Assembly: GCA_052388175.1 (NCBI GenBank)
Contig: JBQTIL010000040.1
Location: forward strand, 961-64,960
Length of the DNA stretch: 64,000 bases
Direction: 5' to 3'
Origin: Planctomycetaceae bacterium
Lineage (GTDB): Bacteria; Planctomycetota; Planctomycetia; Planctomycetales; Planctomycetaceae
Position numbers and translations under genes: made by a program. Below, piece after piece: positions 21,048 to 30,732 of this stretch. The notes beneath the pieces are model-generated. The model did not search any database. It was not told the origin of the DNA and saw nothing but the letters and a program-made list of their open reading frames with translations. The first letter of the stretch is position 1. Every line of letters begins with the position of its first letter.

Positions 21048-24000
21048 ATGCTGAACCGGGCCCACCACGAGAGCTCGCCGACCGAAGTCGCCTGGCGGCC
21101 GGCCGACTGGTTTCGCTCGAAGTTCGGAATACTGTTGAGTGCGGTGCTGCTGGTCGTCGGGTCGAGCGCCCTTACGCTCGGCGGCGACGCCGAAGACCTT
21201 CCCGAAGAAGGCTCGGGCGCGCTGTTCCGGGCGGGGCACATCGAAGGCCAGGGCGTGCCCCAGGTGCTGCCGATCACCCCCCTGGAGCTCTTCCCCTACA
21301 TCATCAGCGATGAACAGCTCTTCTTCAGCGACCTGAGGTTCTTTCCGACGAACGATGGAACCTTTGGCGGCAACGCCGGCTTCGGATACCGGATGTACAA
21401 CAACGAGTGGGACCGGCTGTTCGGCATCAGTGGCTGGTACGACGCCGACTACACGCGGCAATTGTACTTCCAGCAGCTTGGCCTGAGCCTCGAAACGTAT
21501 GCCGAGTTTCTCGACGCCCGCGCGAACTTCTACCTGCCGGTAGGACAAACCGAACAGCAGTACTTTCTGGGGGCGCTCTCGGGGACGGCGCAATTTCAGG
21601 GCGAGAACGTCGTTTACGATCAACTGCGCAAGTGGTACGCGGCCATGAAGGGGTTCGACATGGAAGCGGGCATTCCGCTGCCGGGCGAGTTCGCACAGGA
21701 ACACGCGCTGCGCCTGTATGGCGGCGGGTACCATTTCGTCGACAACGACGGAAACAGCATCACGGGCGGCTCGGCCCGCTTGCAGGCCAATATCGTGTCG
21801 GGTCTCGACGCCTGGGTGCAGGTGATGAACGATTCGTTTTTCAACACCCGCGCCTTCGTGGGCGTCGCGTGGACCTTCGGCCCGATCCACCGTTCGAAAC
21901 TCGACCAGTCGACTGCGTGGGGCCGCATGGGCGAACACGTGACGCGAAACTACACCGTCCTGGCCCCCTCGTTCTCGCAGGTCGAGCATCGCGCCGCGAT
22001 CAACCCCTCGACCGGCGCGCCTTACCGCTTCGCGCATGTCTCAAGCGCCGCCGCTGCAGGGGGAGACGGCACCGTTGGCAACCCGTTTCAGACGATCGCG
22101 CAGGCCCAGGCGGCCGCCAGAGACATCGTCTTCGTGCAGTCGGGCAGCGTGTTGAACGGCACCGATGCCAGCGTGGTTCTCAGCCCGGGCCAGCGCATCT
22201 TCGGCGCCGGAAACGGGATTAACCATATTCTGAACGTGCCCGAACTGGGAACGCTTTACCTGCCGCGCGGGCCCGGCAGCGGAGCCCGGCCGATTTTGAA
22301 CGGCGCGCCGGGAGACTCCGTGGTGCTGGCGAGCCACAGCGAGTTCGCCGGCTTCTCGATCCTGAACGCCGGGGGCAATGGGGTCGTCGGCAACGGTGTG
22401 CAACACGTGACCTTGCGCAGCCTGTACATCGACCAGGCGGCGGCCAGCGGCATACGGCTGGTCAACAGCGGCGGGTCGATCGGCATCGGCGACACGTTTA
22501 TCTCGAATGCCGTCGGCGACGCCCTGTTTGTCGACGGCGGGTCGGCCAACATCGGCTTCTCCGGCAGAATCGCAGGGGGAACAGGGCGGCGCGTGATCGT
22601 CGCCAATACCGCAGGCGGCAGCGTCGACCTGTCGGGCTTGCGATTCGAGGGAAGCGGCGGACAGGGCATTCAGCTGCAGAATGCCGTAAGCGACGTCTTG
22701 TTTCAGGACGTGAACCTGCAAGGTGTCGCCGGCCCGGGCATTGAAATCAGCGGCGGCTCGGGCCAGTTTCGATTTGGCGGCACGACAACCGTCTCTCACA
22801 GCACCGGCCCTGCCGTGGCGATCTCGGGCCTCGGTTCATCGGGCGGCGTCACCTTCCGCGACCTGACAATCGAGCACCGCCAGGACCGCGGCGTGGCGAT
22901 CGACAATTCGGCCGGCTCGGTCACGCTGACAGGCACCGCGCGTATCCGCAATGCCCTCGGTTCGACCGGTTCCGCGTTGTCGATCACGAACTCTTCGGGA
23001 AGTTTCTCGTTCAACCGGCTGGACGTGACCGATGCGACAGGCGACCCTGGCGTCAATCTGCAATCGAACACCGGCACCACGCATTTCGAGACGCTCAACG
23101 TGTCGAGCCATTCGGGAACGGCGCTATTCGCCTCGAATGCCGGCACGTTGTCGATCAACCCCACGAAGTCTGACAACAGCGTCGATCTGACAAAAGGGGG
23201 CAGCCTCGAGGCCACTGACGGCACGGCCCTGGACATCAGCAATACCAAGCTCGCCGTCAACCTGACGAAAGTTTCCAGCAGCAATGCGGCCAACGGTGTG
23301 CGGCTGGTTGATACGACGGGCGCCCTGGCGGTTTACGGTACGGGGGCCGTTGGTTCGGGCGGCACGATCACCGGTGCGACAACCGGCATTTTTCTCAAGA
23401 ATGCGGGCGACACGGCCTTCCAGTGGATGACGATCGACGGCAATGGAACGGGCATCAGGGCCGACAACGTTTCCCTGCTGATCGTCGAGAACTCGTTCAT
23501 CAGGGGTTCGACAACGTACGGCATCGACGCGCTCAATCTGACGCGGTTGAGCCTCAACAGCTCGACTCTCTCGGGCAACGGCGCCGCCAACATGCGCGCC
23601 CTGTTCGACCAGCAGCGGTCGTACAGCTACTCGATTTACGCAACCGACATGACCTCGGGGGCGGCCGAAAACGTGGTGCTGACCGCGCAGGGCGGGGCTG
23701 CGGGCTCGTCGATGAATCTGTTTGCGGAAGGCAATCTGTTCGAGAATACGCTGACCGGCACGTCGGGCCTGAAGATTGACTGGCATGGCACATTGGCCGC
23801 GACGCTGAACCAGAACGCCTTCGCTACCAGCGGAGGCTCGAACACCGGCATCATGCTGTCGAACACTTCGACGGGCGGCGCGACGAGCTTCGTGCTGACG
23901 AACAGTCATTTCGAATCGACCAGCGACGGCGACACCTTCGTGCGATTGCAGGCGGCGGGCCCCGCGCAGACCACTCTCACGGGCAATCAGGTCCGCCTCG

Positions 24001-24335
24001 AGGGGTTGAACGGCACCGCGTTCCGCATGACGCTCGCGGGCAACTCGAGCGTCAACATCTCGGGCAACAGCATCGCCGACCACGCAGACGGCGGCACGGG
24101 TATTCTCTTCGACTCGATCACGGGCCCCGGCAACGTACTGATCGAAGGCAACGTCATCAGTTTCGCCGATGAGGGCGGATTGCTCGACCGCGGAATCATC
24201 TTCTCGACCGTGACCAACACGATCACCCTCCAGGGGACGAGCAACAACATCGTCTCGGGCGCCGACACGCCCTTCTTCGTTCCTGCCAGCTCGACGAACG
24301 GCGGCATCTTTGTGAACGGCGTTCGCGTACCGTAA
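21048..24335 (+). CDS. Large surface protein: inverse-autotransporter (intimin/invasin-type) beta-barrel-like N-terminal domain plus a long parallel beta-helix (PbH1) repeat passenger
   Basis: 1095 aa with an N-terminal TM/signal segment. Residues ~90-290 (LFFSDLRFFPTNDGTFGGNAGFGYRMY...LFGISGWYDADYT...LGLSLETYAEFLDARANFYLPVG...) follow the alternating barrel pattern of IAT_beta domains. The remainder is Gly/Asn/Thr/Ser-rich ~22-25-aa repeats typical of right-handed beta-helices. Confidence 0.7.
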   Translation: MLNRAHHESSPTEVAWRPADWFRSKFGILLSAVLLVVGSSALTLGGDAEDLPEEGSGALFRAGHIEGQGVPQVLPITPLELFPYIISDEQLFFSDLRFFPTNDGTFGGNAGFGYRMYNNEWDRLFGISGWYDADYTRQLYFQQLGLSLETYAEFLDARANFYLPVGQTEQQYFLGALSGTAQFQGENVVYDQLRKWYAAMKGFDMEAGIPLPGEFAQEHALRLYGGGYHFVDNDGNSITGGSARLQANIVSGLDAWVQVMNDSFFNTRAFVGVAWTFGPIHRSKLDQSTAWGRMGEHVTRNYTVLAPSFSQVEHRAAINPSTGAPYRFAHVSSAAAAGGDGTVGNPFQTIAQAQAAARDIVFVQSGSVLNGTDASVVLSPGQRIFGAGNGINHILNVPELGTLYLPRGPGSGARPILNGAPGDSVVLASHSEFAGFSILNAGGNGVVGNGVQHVTLRSLYIDQAAASGIRLVNSGGSIGIGDTFISNAVGDALFVDGGSANIGFSGRIAGGTGRRVIVANTAGGSVDLSGLRFEGSGGQGIQLQNAVSDVLFQDVNLQGVAGPGIEISGGSGQFRFGGTTTVSHSTGPAVAISGLGSSGGVTFRDLTIEHRQDRGVAIDNSAGSVTLTGTARIRNALGSTGSALSITNSSGSFSFNRLDVTDATGDPGVNLQSNTGTTHFETLNVSSHSGTALFASNAGTLSINPTKSDNSVDLTKGGSLEATDGTALDISNTKLAVNLTKVSSSNAANGVRLVDTTGALAVYGTGAVGSGGTITGATTGIFLKNAGDTAFQWMTIDGNGTGIRADNVSLLIVENSFIRGSTTYGIDALNLTRLSLNSSTLSGNGAANMRALFDQQRSYSYSIYATDMTSGAAENVVLTAQGGAAGSSMNLFAEGNLFENTLTGTSGLKIDWHGTLAATLNQNAFATSGGSNTGIMLSNTSTGGATSFVLTNSHFESTSDGDTFVRLQAAGPAQTTLTGNQVRLEGLNGTAFRMTLAGNSSVNISGNSIADHADGGTGILFDSITGPGNVLIEGNVISFADEGGLLDRGIIFSTVTNTITLQGTSNNIVSGADTPFFVPASSTNGGIFVNGVRVP

Positions 24336-24371
24336 GGGCGGGTGCCGCCGGCACAGCGGCCGGCCCTGGCC

Positions 24372-24848
24372 CTACACAAATCGCTCGCGCTCGGCTGGCG
24401 AGGGAAGGCGACAGGCCTCTTTCTGCCCGAACCAGCGATAGCGGTTGCGGGCCACGAAGTCGTAGCCCAGGTCGCGCAGCGGTCGGGGAATGACCCACAA
24501 CAGCCACCCCGCGATGGGCCACGGGCCGGGCAAGCCCCGCAGAATGCGCGCGACCGCGGCGCTTTTGCGACAGATGCCGCTGGAGTCGACCAGCACGATG
24601 GAGTTCAGCGGTTCTTCGGGGCGGATGTGCAGCCGTTCGCGGGCGAGTTCCCCCTGCAGGGGCGAAAACCGGAACCGGGCCTGGCGATCGCGGGTCAAGA
24701 CAAAATCAACCCAGTAGTTGCACAGGCCGCAGACCCCGTCGAAAAAGACGATCGCTTCGCGTGGCTCGACCGGGGGGCCGGGCGGGCCGGCCGCCCCTTC
24801 GGGCGTATTCCCCTGCGCGATGGGAAGCGCGCTATTGGGCGTTTGCAT
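24372..24848 (-). CDS. DCC-family thiol-disulfide oxidoreductase (DUF393)
   Basis: Has the FFDGVCGLCNYWVDFVL motif (DxxCxxC) and a YDFVARNRYRWFG C-terminal motif. Start chosen at ATG 24848 (MQTPNS). The track ORF extends to 24956. Confidence 0.8.
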   Translation of the reverse strand: MQTPNSALPIAQGNTPEGAAGPPGPPVEPREAIVFFDGVCGLCNYWVDFVLTRDRQARFRFSPLQGELARERLHIRPEEPLNSIVLVDSSGICRKSAAVARILRGLPGPWPIAGWLLWVIPRPLRDLGYDFVARNRYRWFGQKEACRLPSPAERERFV

Positions 24849-25288
24849 TGAGCGAGCCTCCCGAATCGCGCCCGAATAAAACACCGGAAACCAGCGGGCG
24901 ATCTCGGTCGCCGGTGGAAAGGTCACGTCATCCCTCGGCAGGTTACGCAGGGGCATGACGGGGGGTCAATACGAGCGGTCCTCCCTGGTCGATACCGCAG
25001 CTCGTGAGACTGATTAACAAAGGCGGAACACCCCAGAACCCGCCGGCAAGGCCGTCAAGCCGTGCGGAAACGTCGGGTTGCGAAGCCGGCCGCGGGAAAA
25101 CCGTTATTGACCGTTCAAATCGTGGCAGAGAGAATACCCCCGACGGATGCCGAGAATCGGCGTGCGGCCGAAGCGAATCGGTTCACCCTTGGGCGGCGTT
25201 CACAGCGATCGTTCGCGACGGGCCGTTCGAGGGCCAGGGTAATGACCTCCCGGTCGACGCGACGAATGCGAATTTGACTTTTCCGACC

Positions 25289-25573
25289 ATGCCTCAGCCT
25301 GACGCCTCGACAAACCCCGAGCTTGTCAAACGGGTGATTTCGATCATCGCGACCGAGTCGCGCGACAGGGACGAAACCAAAATTACGCTGGAATCGAATC
25401 TCCAAGAATTGGGAGTCGATTCTTTCGGCGCGGTCAACGTCGTGTGGGAAGTCGAGAAAGAGTTTCGCGTCGACATTCCCAATGAGCGATTGAGAAGCCT
25501 GAAGACCGTGCGCGATATCGTCGTGCAGCTTCAGGGCCTCGTCTCTCAGACTCAGCCGCAGCCCGGTCAATGA
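25289..25573 (+). CDS. Dedicated acyl carrier protein
   Basis: 94 aa. Has the phosphopantetheine attachment context LQELGVDSFGAVNVVWEVEKEF within a four-helix ACP layout. Its stop overlaps the KAS start (ATGA). Start chosen at ATG 25289 inside the longer track ORF. Confidence 0.8.
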   Translation: MPQPDASTNPELVKRVISIIATESRDRDETKITLESNLQELGVDSFGAVNVVWEVEKEFRVDIPNERLRSLKTVRDIVVQLQGLVSQTQPQPGQ

Positions 25574-26811
25574 CGCAGGCAAAGGAGCGCATGGCCGCGC
25601 GGCGAGTCGTGATTACCGGCGTCGGCGTCGTGGCGGCGCCAGGGAACGGCCGCGAAGCGTTCTGGTCGGCCGTGGCGGCGGGTCGCTCGGGAATCGTGCC
25701 TCTGCCCGAGGCGGCGGGCTGGGGCCTGGCGTTCCCCAAAGGCGCGATCGTAAACGATTTTTGCCCCGAGCAGGTGCTGCCGCCCAACGTCTGCGACCTC
25801 ACCGATCGCTTCGCGCAATTCGCCCTCGTGGCGGCACACGAGGCAGTGGCTGACGCGACCCTGAGCCGCGAGGCGCTCGCGGGCCGGCGCGGCGGCGTGA
25901 TTCTCGGGGCCAGCATCGGCGGGCAGAGCACGCAAGACACAGGCTTCGCGACGCTCTATCGAGAGGGGAAGGGGCGGCTGCACCCCACCACAATTCCCAA
26001 GGTCATGCCCAACGCCGGTGCGAGCCAGGTGGCGATGGCTTTTGGCGTAACCGGCCCCAGCTATACCGTGAGCGCCGCCTGCTCGTCGTCGAATTTCGCC
26101 ATCGGCCAGGCGTTCTGGATGGTGCGCTCCGGGGCACTCGACTACGCGCTTTGCGGCGGAAGCGAAGCGCCGTTCAGTTTTGGTTACCTGAAGGCCTGGG
26201 AAGCGCTGCGCGTCGTCTCGTCGGATACCTGCCGGCCGTTCTCGGCCCAACGCAACGGCATGGTACTGGGTGAAGGTGGCGCCGTGTTGCTGCTGGAAGA
26301 GGCGCAACGAGCGCTCGAGCGCGGCGCGACGATTTACGCCGAGCTGATCGGGTTCGGAATGTCATCGGACGCATACCATCTGGTCATCCCCTCGCCGGCA
26401 GGCGCCGCGGCCGCTGTGATGGCGGCCCTGGCCGACGGGGAGATCGAACCGGCCGAGGTCGATTACGTCAATGCGCACGGCTCAGGCACGCTCGCCAACG
26501 ATGCCGCCGAAACAGCCGCCATTCACCAGGCGTTCGGCGACCACGCGCGGCGGCTGGCCGTCAGCGGTACAAAATCGATGCACGGTCACGCCCTGGGGGC
26601 GGCCGGGGCGATCGAAGCGGTTGCCACCGTGCTGGCGATCAAGCGGCAGGTGATTCCCCCCACGGCCGGGTATCTGGGCCCCGACCCCGATTGCGACCTC
26701 GACTATGTGCCCAACGAGGCGCGGGCCGGGCAGATCGATGTGGCGCTGTCGAACGGTTTTGCGTTTGGCGGGATGAACGCCGTTCTGGCGTTTCGCCGCT
26801 GGTCTGATTGA
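25570..26811 (+). CDS. Beta-ketoacyl-ACP synthase II-type condensing enzyme (FabF/NodE-like)
   Basis: 413 aa with an intact Cys-His-His triad context: TVSAACSSS, VNAHGSGT and KSMHGHALGAAG. The C-terminus is NGFAFGGMNAVLAF. Confidence 0.93.
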   Translation: MTQAKERMAARRVVITGVGVVAAPGNGREAFWSAVAAGRSGIVPLPEAAGWGLAFPKGAIVNDFCPEQVLPPNVCDLTDRFAQFALVAAHEAVADATLSREALAGRRGGVILGASIGGQSTQDTGFATLYREGKGRLHPTTIPKVMPNAGASQVAMAFGVTGPSYTVSAACSSSNFAIGQAFWMVRSGALDYALCGGSEAPFSFGYLKAWEALRVVSSDTCRPFSAQRNGMVLGEGGAVLLLEEAQRALERGATIYAELIGFGMSSDAYHLVIPSPAGAAAAVMAALADGEIEPAEVDYVNAHGSGTLANDAAETAAIHQAFGDHARRLAVSGTKSMHGHALGAAGAIEAVATVLAIKRQVIPPTAGYLGPDPDCDLDYVPNEARAGQIDVALSNGFAFGGMNAVLAFRRWSD

Positions 26812-27150
26812 CGGCTGGCGCCAGCTGCGCCGGCTGGCGTTATATGATCGCAGCAGGAACGCCTGAGTCGTATCGGTGTGGCGCGTTCCGGCCGTACCAG
26901 CGTACGCCAGTTACCGGCGCTCGGCCACGTGTCTGCCTGTCTGTCTGCCGGCGGCCCCGCAAACCTCGGTGGATCAGGCGAAAAGCAGGCCGGTTGCGGG
27001 CGCCGCGACCGATATTGATTAAACCGTAACCCCACCCTAATCTCTCGCGCTGAACGCCGGCAACCGGGCGCTGATTTGGATCTCGGCTCCTCCCGAGACG
27101 GTGACGCTCGGTTGTAAGACGGCGAGGTCGCTGTAGCACGAGTTGTTCTG

Positions 27151-30100
27151 ATGTCTCACGACACGAAGGGCCTTTCTGCCGCGCTGCACGATTCCGCCAG
27201 CGCTTCGCGGGGTGGGCTGTCGTCGCGCAGCTTCGTGTGCCTGGCGGTCACGCAGGCGCTGGGGGCCTTCAACGACAACATGTTCCGCTGGCTGACCGTA
27301 CCGGTCGGCCAGTACCTGCTGGGGGGCGACGAGGCGGCCGAGATCCGGGCGCTCGCCTGGGGCATCTTCTGGTTCACGCTGCCTTATCTGCTGCTGCCCG
27401 TACACGCCGGCTGGCTGGCCGACCGCTTCAACAAGCGCAGCGTGATTGTGTGGTGCAAGTTCGCCGAAATCATCGTGATGCTGCTGGGGCTGGCGGCGAT
27501 CGCGTCGCGCAGCGTGCCGGCGGTGTTCGCGGCCGTGTTTCTGATGGGGGCGCAGGCGGCGCTATTTGGCCCGTCGAAATTCGGCAGCCTGCCGGAATTG
27601 CTGCGGCCCGACAAGCTTTCGTCGGGCAATGGCGTGATGGCGATGGTGACCGTCGTGGCGTCGGCGCTGGGGACCGTGGCCGGGTTGAAGTTGTTTGTCG
27701 CCACGCAACCAGACGGCACGCAGCATCTCTGGATCTCGGCGCTCGCCCTGCTGGGGGTGGCGACGGCCGGGTGGCTGGCGAGCCTGGGAATACGCCCCCT
27801 CACGGCCGCGCGGCCTGACTTCACCTTTCCGGTCGACCCCGTGGGCCGCATCTGGGGGCAGCTCAGGTTGCTCGCTGAAAACCGGCCCCTGATGCGGACG
27901 GCCCTCGGGATCGCGTTCTTCTGGACGCTCGCGACCCTGACGCAGGCGAACGTGAAGGTGTACGGCGCGACGGTGCTGCACTTTTCGGAAGACAACATCG
28001 GCCCCTTGATGCTGGCCCTGGTCGTGGGAATCGGCGTGGGAAGCGTGCTGGCAGGGATCGGTTCGGCGGGGCGCGTCGAACTGGGAATCGTGCCTTTGGG
28101 CGCGCTGGGCATCGTCGTCTGTTCGCTGGCCCTGCACTGGACGGGCGGGCGGGTCGACCCGGCGCAACCGCTGTCGATACAGAACATCTCCTTCTGGACC
28201 AACGTGTGGCTGGTGGCGCTGGGGGTGAGCGCGGGACTGTTCAACGTGCCCCTGGAGGCGTTCCTGCAGCACCGCAGCCCACGCGAGTCGCGGGGCACGA
28301 TTCTGGCGGCCAGCAACTTCGTGTCGTTCGCGGGCATTCTATCGACCTCGTTTCTGTTGAACCTGATGCAGAACGTACTCGCGCTTTCGGCGCGGCAGAC
28401 GTTTCTGGCGATGGGGCTGGCGACGATCCCGATACTCGTGTACGTCGTGTGCCTGCTGCCTCAGGCCAGCCTGCGGTTCGTGCTGCTTCTGGCCAGCCAC
28501 ACCATCTACAAACTGCGAATCTACGGGCGCGAGCACCTGCCTGAGACGGGCGGGGCGCTGTTGGTGGCGAATCACGTGACGTGGGGCGACGGGTTTTTCG
28601 TCGGCATCAGCTCGTCGCGGCCGGTGCGGATGCTGGCGTATACCGATTATGTCAGCGGTTTCGGAATCGGCTGGCTGATGCAGAAGCTGGGGGTGATTCC
28701 GGTCAGCAGCAAAGAGGGGCCGAAGGCGATCGTGCGGTCGTTGCAGGCGGCGCGGGTGGCGATCGAGAATGGAGAGCTGGTGTGTATCTTTGCGGAAGGT
28801 GCGATGACGCGCACCGGGCAGTTGCAGCCGTTTCAGCGGGGGTTGCTCAAGATTGTCGAGGGAACCGGCGCACCGGTAGTACCCTTGTACCTCGACGGGC
28901 TGTGGGGCAGCATTCTGAGCTTCTTTCACGGGAAATTTTTCTGGAAATGGCCGCGGCAGTTGCGTTATCGCGTGGGAATTCTGTTCGGGCCGCCGCTGGC
29001 CGACCCCGACGACGTAGCGCAGGTGCACCGAGCGGTTCAAGACCTGGGGGTGGAGGCCATGGAACGACGCAAAGCCGACGAACTGACCCTGCCGCGCAGG
29101 TTCCTGCGCACCTGCCGCCGCGCGCTCGTGCGCCTCAAGGCGGCTGATTCGTCGGGGGCGAAGCTCACGGGCGGGGCTCTGTTGATGAAGACGTTGATCT
29201 TCAAGCGGCTGCTGGAACGGCACATCGTGGCGCCCGACGAAAAGAACGTGGGGGTGTTGCTCCCCCCGTCGGTCGGAGCGGTTGTCGTCAACGCCGTATT
29301 GCCTTTGATGCGGCGGGTGCCCGTCAACCTCAACTACACCAGCTCGCCCGCCACGATCAATCACTGCATCCGCCAGGCCGGAATCAGGCACGTGCTGACC
29401 AGCCGGCTGTTTCTGTCGAAGATGAACCTCGAAGTCGATTCCGACCTCGTGCTGCTCGAAGATTTTCGCGACAAGGTCACCTGGGTCGACAAACTGGTGG
29501 GCGCGGCCCAGGCGTTCACTATGCCGATCGCGATCCTCGAACGCTGGTTCGGGCTGACGCGGGTCGCCCCCGACGATCTGCTGACGATCATGTTCACGTC
29601 GGGGTCGACGGGCGAGCCCAAAGGGGTGATGCTTTCGCACCACAACGTGGGGAGCAACGTCGAGGCGATCGACAGCCTCGTGCAGATTCGCGACAGCGAC
29701 GTGCTGCTGGGGGTGCTGCCCTTTTTCCATTCGTTCGGCTACACGGGCACCCTGTGGACGATGCTGGCGCTCGAGCCCAAAGCCGTGTATCACTTCAACC
29801 CGCTTGACGCGCGCGTGGTGGGGTCGCTGTGCGAAGAGCACGGGGTGACGATTATCATGTCGCCCCCCACGTTTCTGCGCACTTACATCAAGCGGTGCGA
29901 GAAAGACCAGTTGCGGAAGGTCGATCTGGTGGTGGTGGGCGCCGAAAAGATGCCCCTGGACCTGGCGCAGGCCTTTGAAGAGAAGTTCGGCGTGCGGCCG
30001 GTCGAAGGCTATGGGACGACCGAACTGTCGCCGGTGGCGGCGTGCAACGTTCCCGACCATCGCTCGGCAGCCCTCACGCAGAAAGGGACGAAGGAAGGCA

Positions 30101-30684
30101 CCGTCGGGCGGCCCATACCGGGAACGCGCGCCAAGATCGTCGACGCCGATTCGGGGGCCGAACTGGGCTTCGACCAGCCGGGGCTCTTATTGTTCAAAGG
30201 CCCGAACGTGATGAAGGGCTACCTCGACCAACCCGCGAAGACGGCTGAGGTCATTCACGACGGCTGGTACATGACGGGCGACATCGCGAAGATCGACGCC
30301 GAAGGTTTCGTCACGATCACCGACCGCGCCAGCCGGTTTTCGAAGATCGGGGGCGAGATGGTGCCGCACTTGAAAGTCGAAGAGGCGTTGCAGAAAATCG
30401 TGGGCCCGGGCGGCGAAGACGAGCCCGAGCTGCGCGTGGTGGTGACGGCGGTGCCCGACGCCAAAAAGGGAGAACGGCTGATCGTCGTACACAGGCCTTT
30501 GGGCAAACCGCTCGACCAGGTGCTGCAAGAGCTCAACGCCTGCGGCCTGCCGAACCTGTGGCTGCCCGCGCGCGACAGCTTTCTTGAAGTGGCCGACATC
30601 CCGCACCTGGGGACGGGCAAAGTCGATTTGAAGGGGCTCAAGACGCTGGCGCTTGAGAAATTCGGCGGGAACGGGCAGGCCTGA
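27151..30684 (+). CDS. Tri-domain fusion: MFS lysophospholipid transporter (LplT-like), PlsC-type acyltransferase, and acyl-ACP synthetase/AMP-ligase (Aas-like)
   Basis: 1177 aa. The N-terminal ~430 aa has about 12 TM segments and is MFS-like. The acyltransferase HX4D motif is ANHVTWGDG, with a later FAEGAMTRTG. AMP-binding motifs are MFTSGSTGEPKGV, GYGTTE, YMTGD and GKVD. Confidence 0.9.
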   Translation: MSHDTKGLSAALHDSASASRGGLSSRSFVCLAVTQALGAFNDNMFRWLTVPVGQYLLGGDEAAEIRALAWGIFWFTLPYLLLPVHAGWLADRFNKRSVIVWCKFAEIIVMLLGLAAIASRSVPAVFAAVFLMGAQAALFGPSKFGSLPELLRPDKLSSGNGVMAMVTVVASALGTVAGLKLFVATQPDGTQHLWISALALLGVATAGWLASLGIRPLTAARPDFTFPVDPVGRIWGQLRLLAENRPLMRTALGIAFFWTLATLTQANVKVYGATVLHFSEDNIGPLMLALVVGIGVGSVLAGIGSAGRVELGIVPLGALGIVVCSLALHWTGGRVDPAQPLSIQNISFWTNVWLVALGVSAGLFNVPLEAFLQHRSPRESRGTILAASNFVSFAGILSTSFLLNLMQNVLALSARQTFLAMGLATIPILVYVVCLLPQASLRFVLLLASHTIYKLRIYGREHLPETGGALLVANHVTWGDGFFVGISSSRPVRMLAYTDYVSGFGIGWLMQKLGVIPVSSKEGPKAIVRSLQAARVAIENGELVCIFAEGAMTRTGQLQPFQRGLLKIVEGTGAPVVPLYLDGLWGSILSFFHGKFFWKWPRQLRYRVGILFGPPLADPDDVAQVHRAVQDLGVEAMERRKADELTLPRRFLRTCRRALVRLKAADSSGAKLTGGALLMKTLIFKRLLERHIVAPDEKNVGVLLPPSVGAVVVNAVLPLMRRVPVNLNYTSSPATINHCIRQAGIRHVLTSRLFLSKMNLEVDSDLVLLEDFRDKVTWVDKLVGAAQAFTMPIAILERWFGLTRVAPDDLLTIMFTSGSTGEPKGVMLSHHNVGSNVEAIDSLVQIRDSDVLLGVLPFFHSFGYTGTLWTMLALEPKAVYHFNPLDARVVGSLCEEHGVTIIMSPPTFLRTYIKRCEKDQLRKVDLVVVGAEKMPLDLAQAFEEKFGVRPVEGYGTTELSPVAACNVPDHRSAALTQKGTKEGTVGRPIPGTRAKIVDADSGAELGFDQPGLLLFKGPNVMKGYLDQPAKTAEVIHDGWYMTGDIAKIDAEGFVTITDRASRFSKIGGEMVPHLKVEEALQKIVGPGGEDEPELRVVVTAVPDAKKGERLIVVHRPLGKPLDQVLQELNACGLPNLWLPARDSFLEVADIPHLGTGKVDLKGLKTLALEKFGGNGQA

Positions 30685-30732
30685 CGCGCGGTTTGTCTGA
30701 GACTCCCTGCACAGGGCCTCGCGGCGAACCCG

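Noticed and set aside
25107-25135. Sigma-70-like TTGACC-N17-GAGAAT upstream of the ACP gene
   Set aside because: It is a single weak match and the -10 element is poor. Planctomycete promoter consensus is not well enough established to call it from sequence.
28339-30060. 573-aa minus-strand ORF
   Set aside because: It is antisense to the AMP-ligase domain of the LplT-Aas fusion and has an Arg/His/Pro-rich non-protein-like composition.
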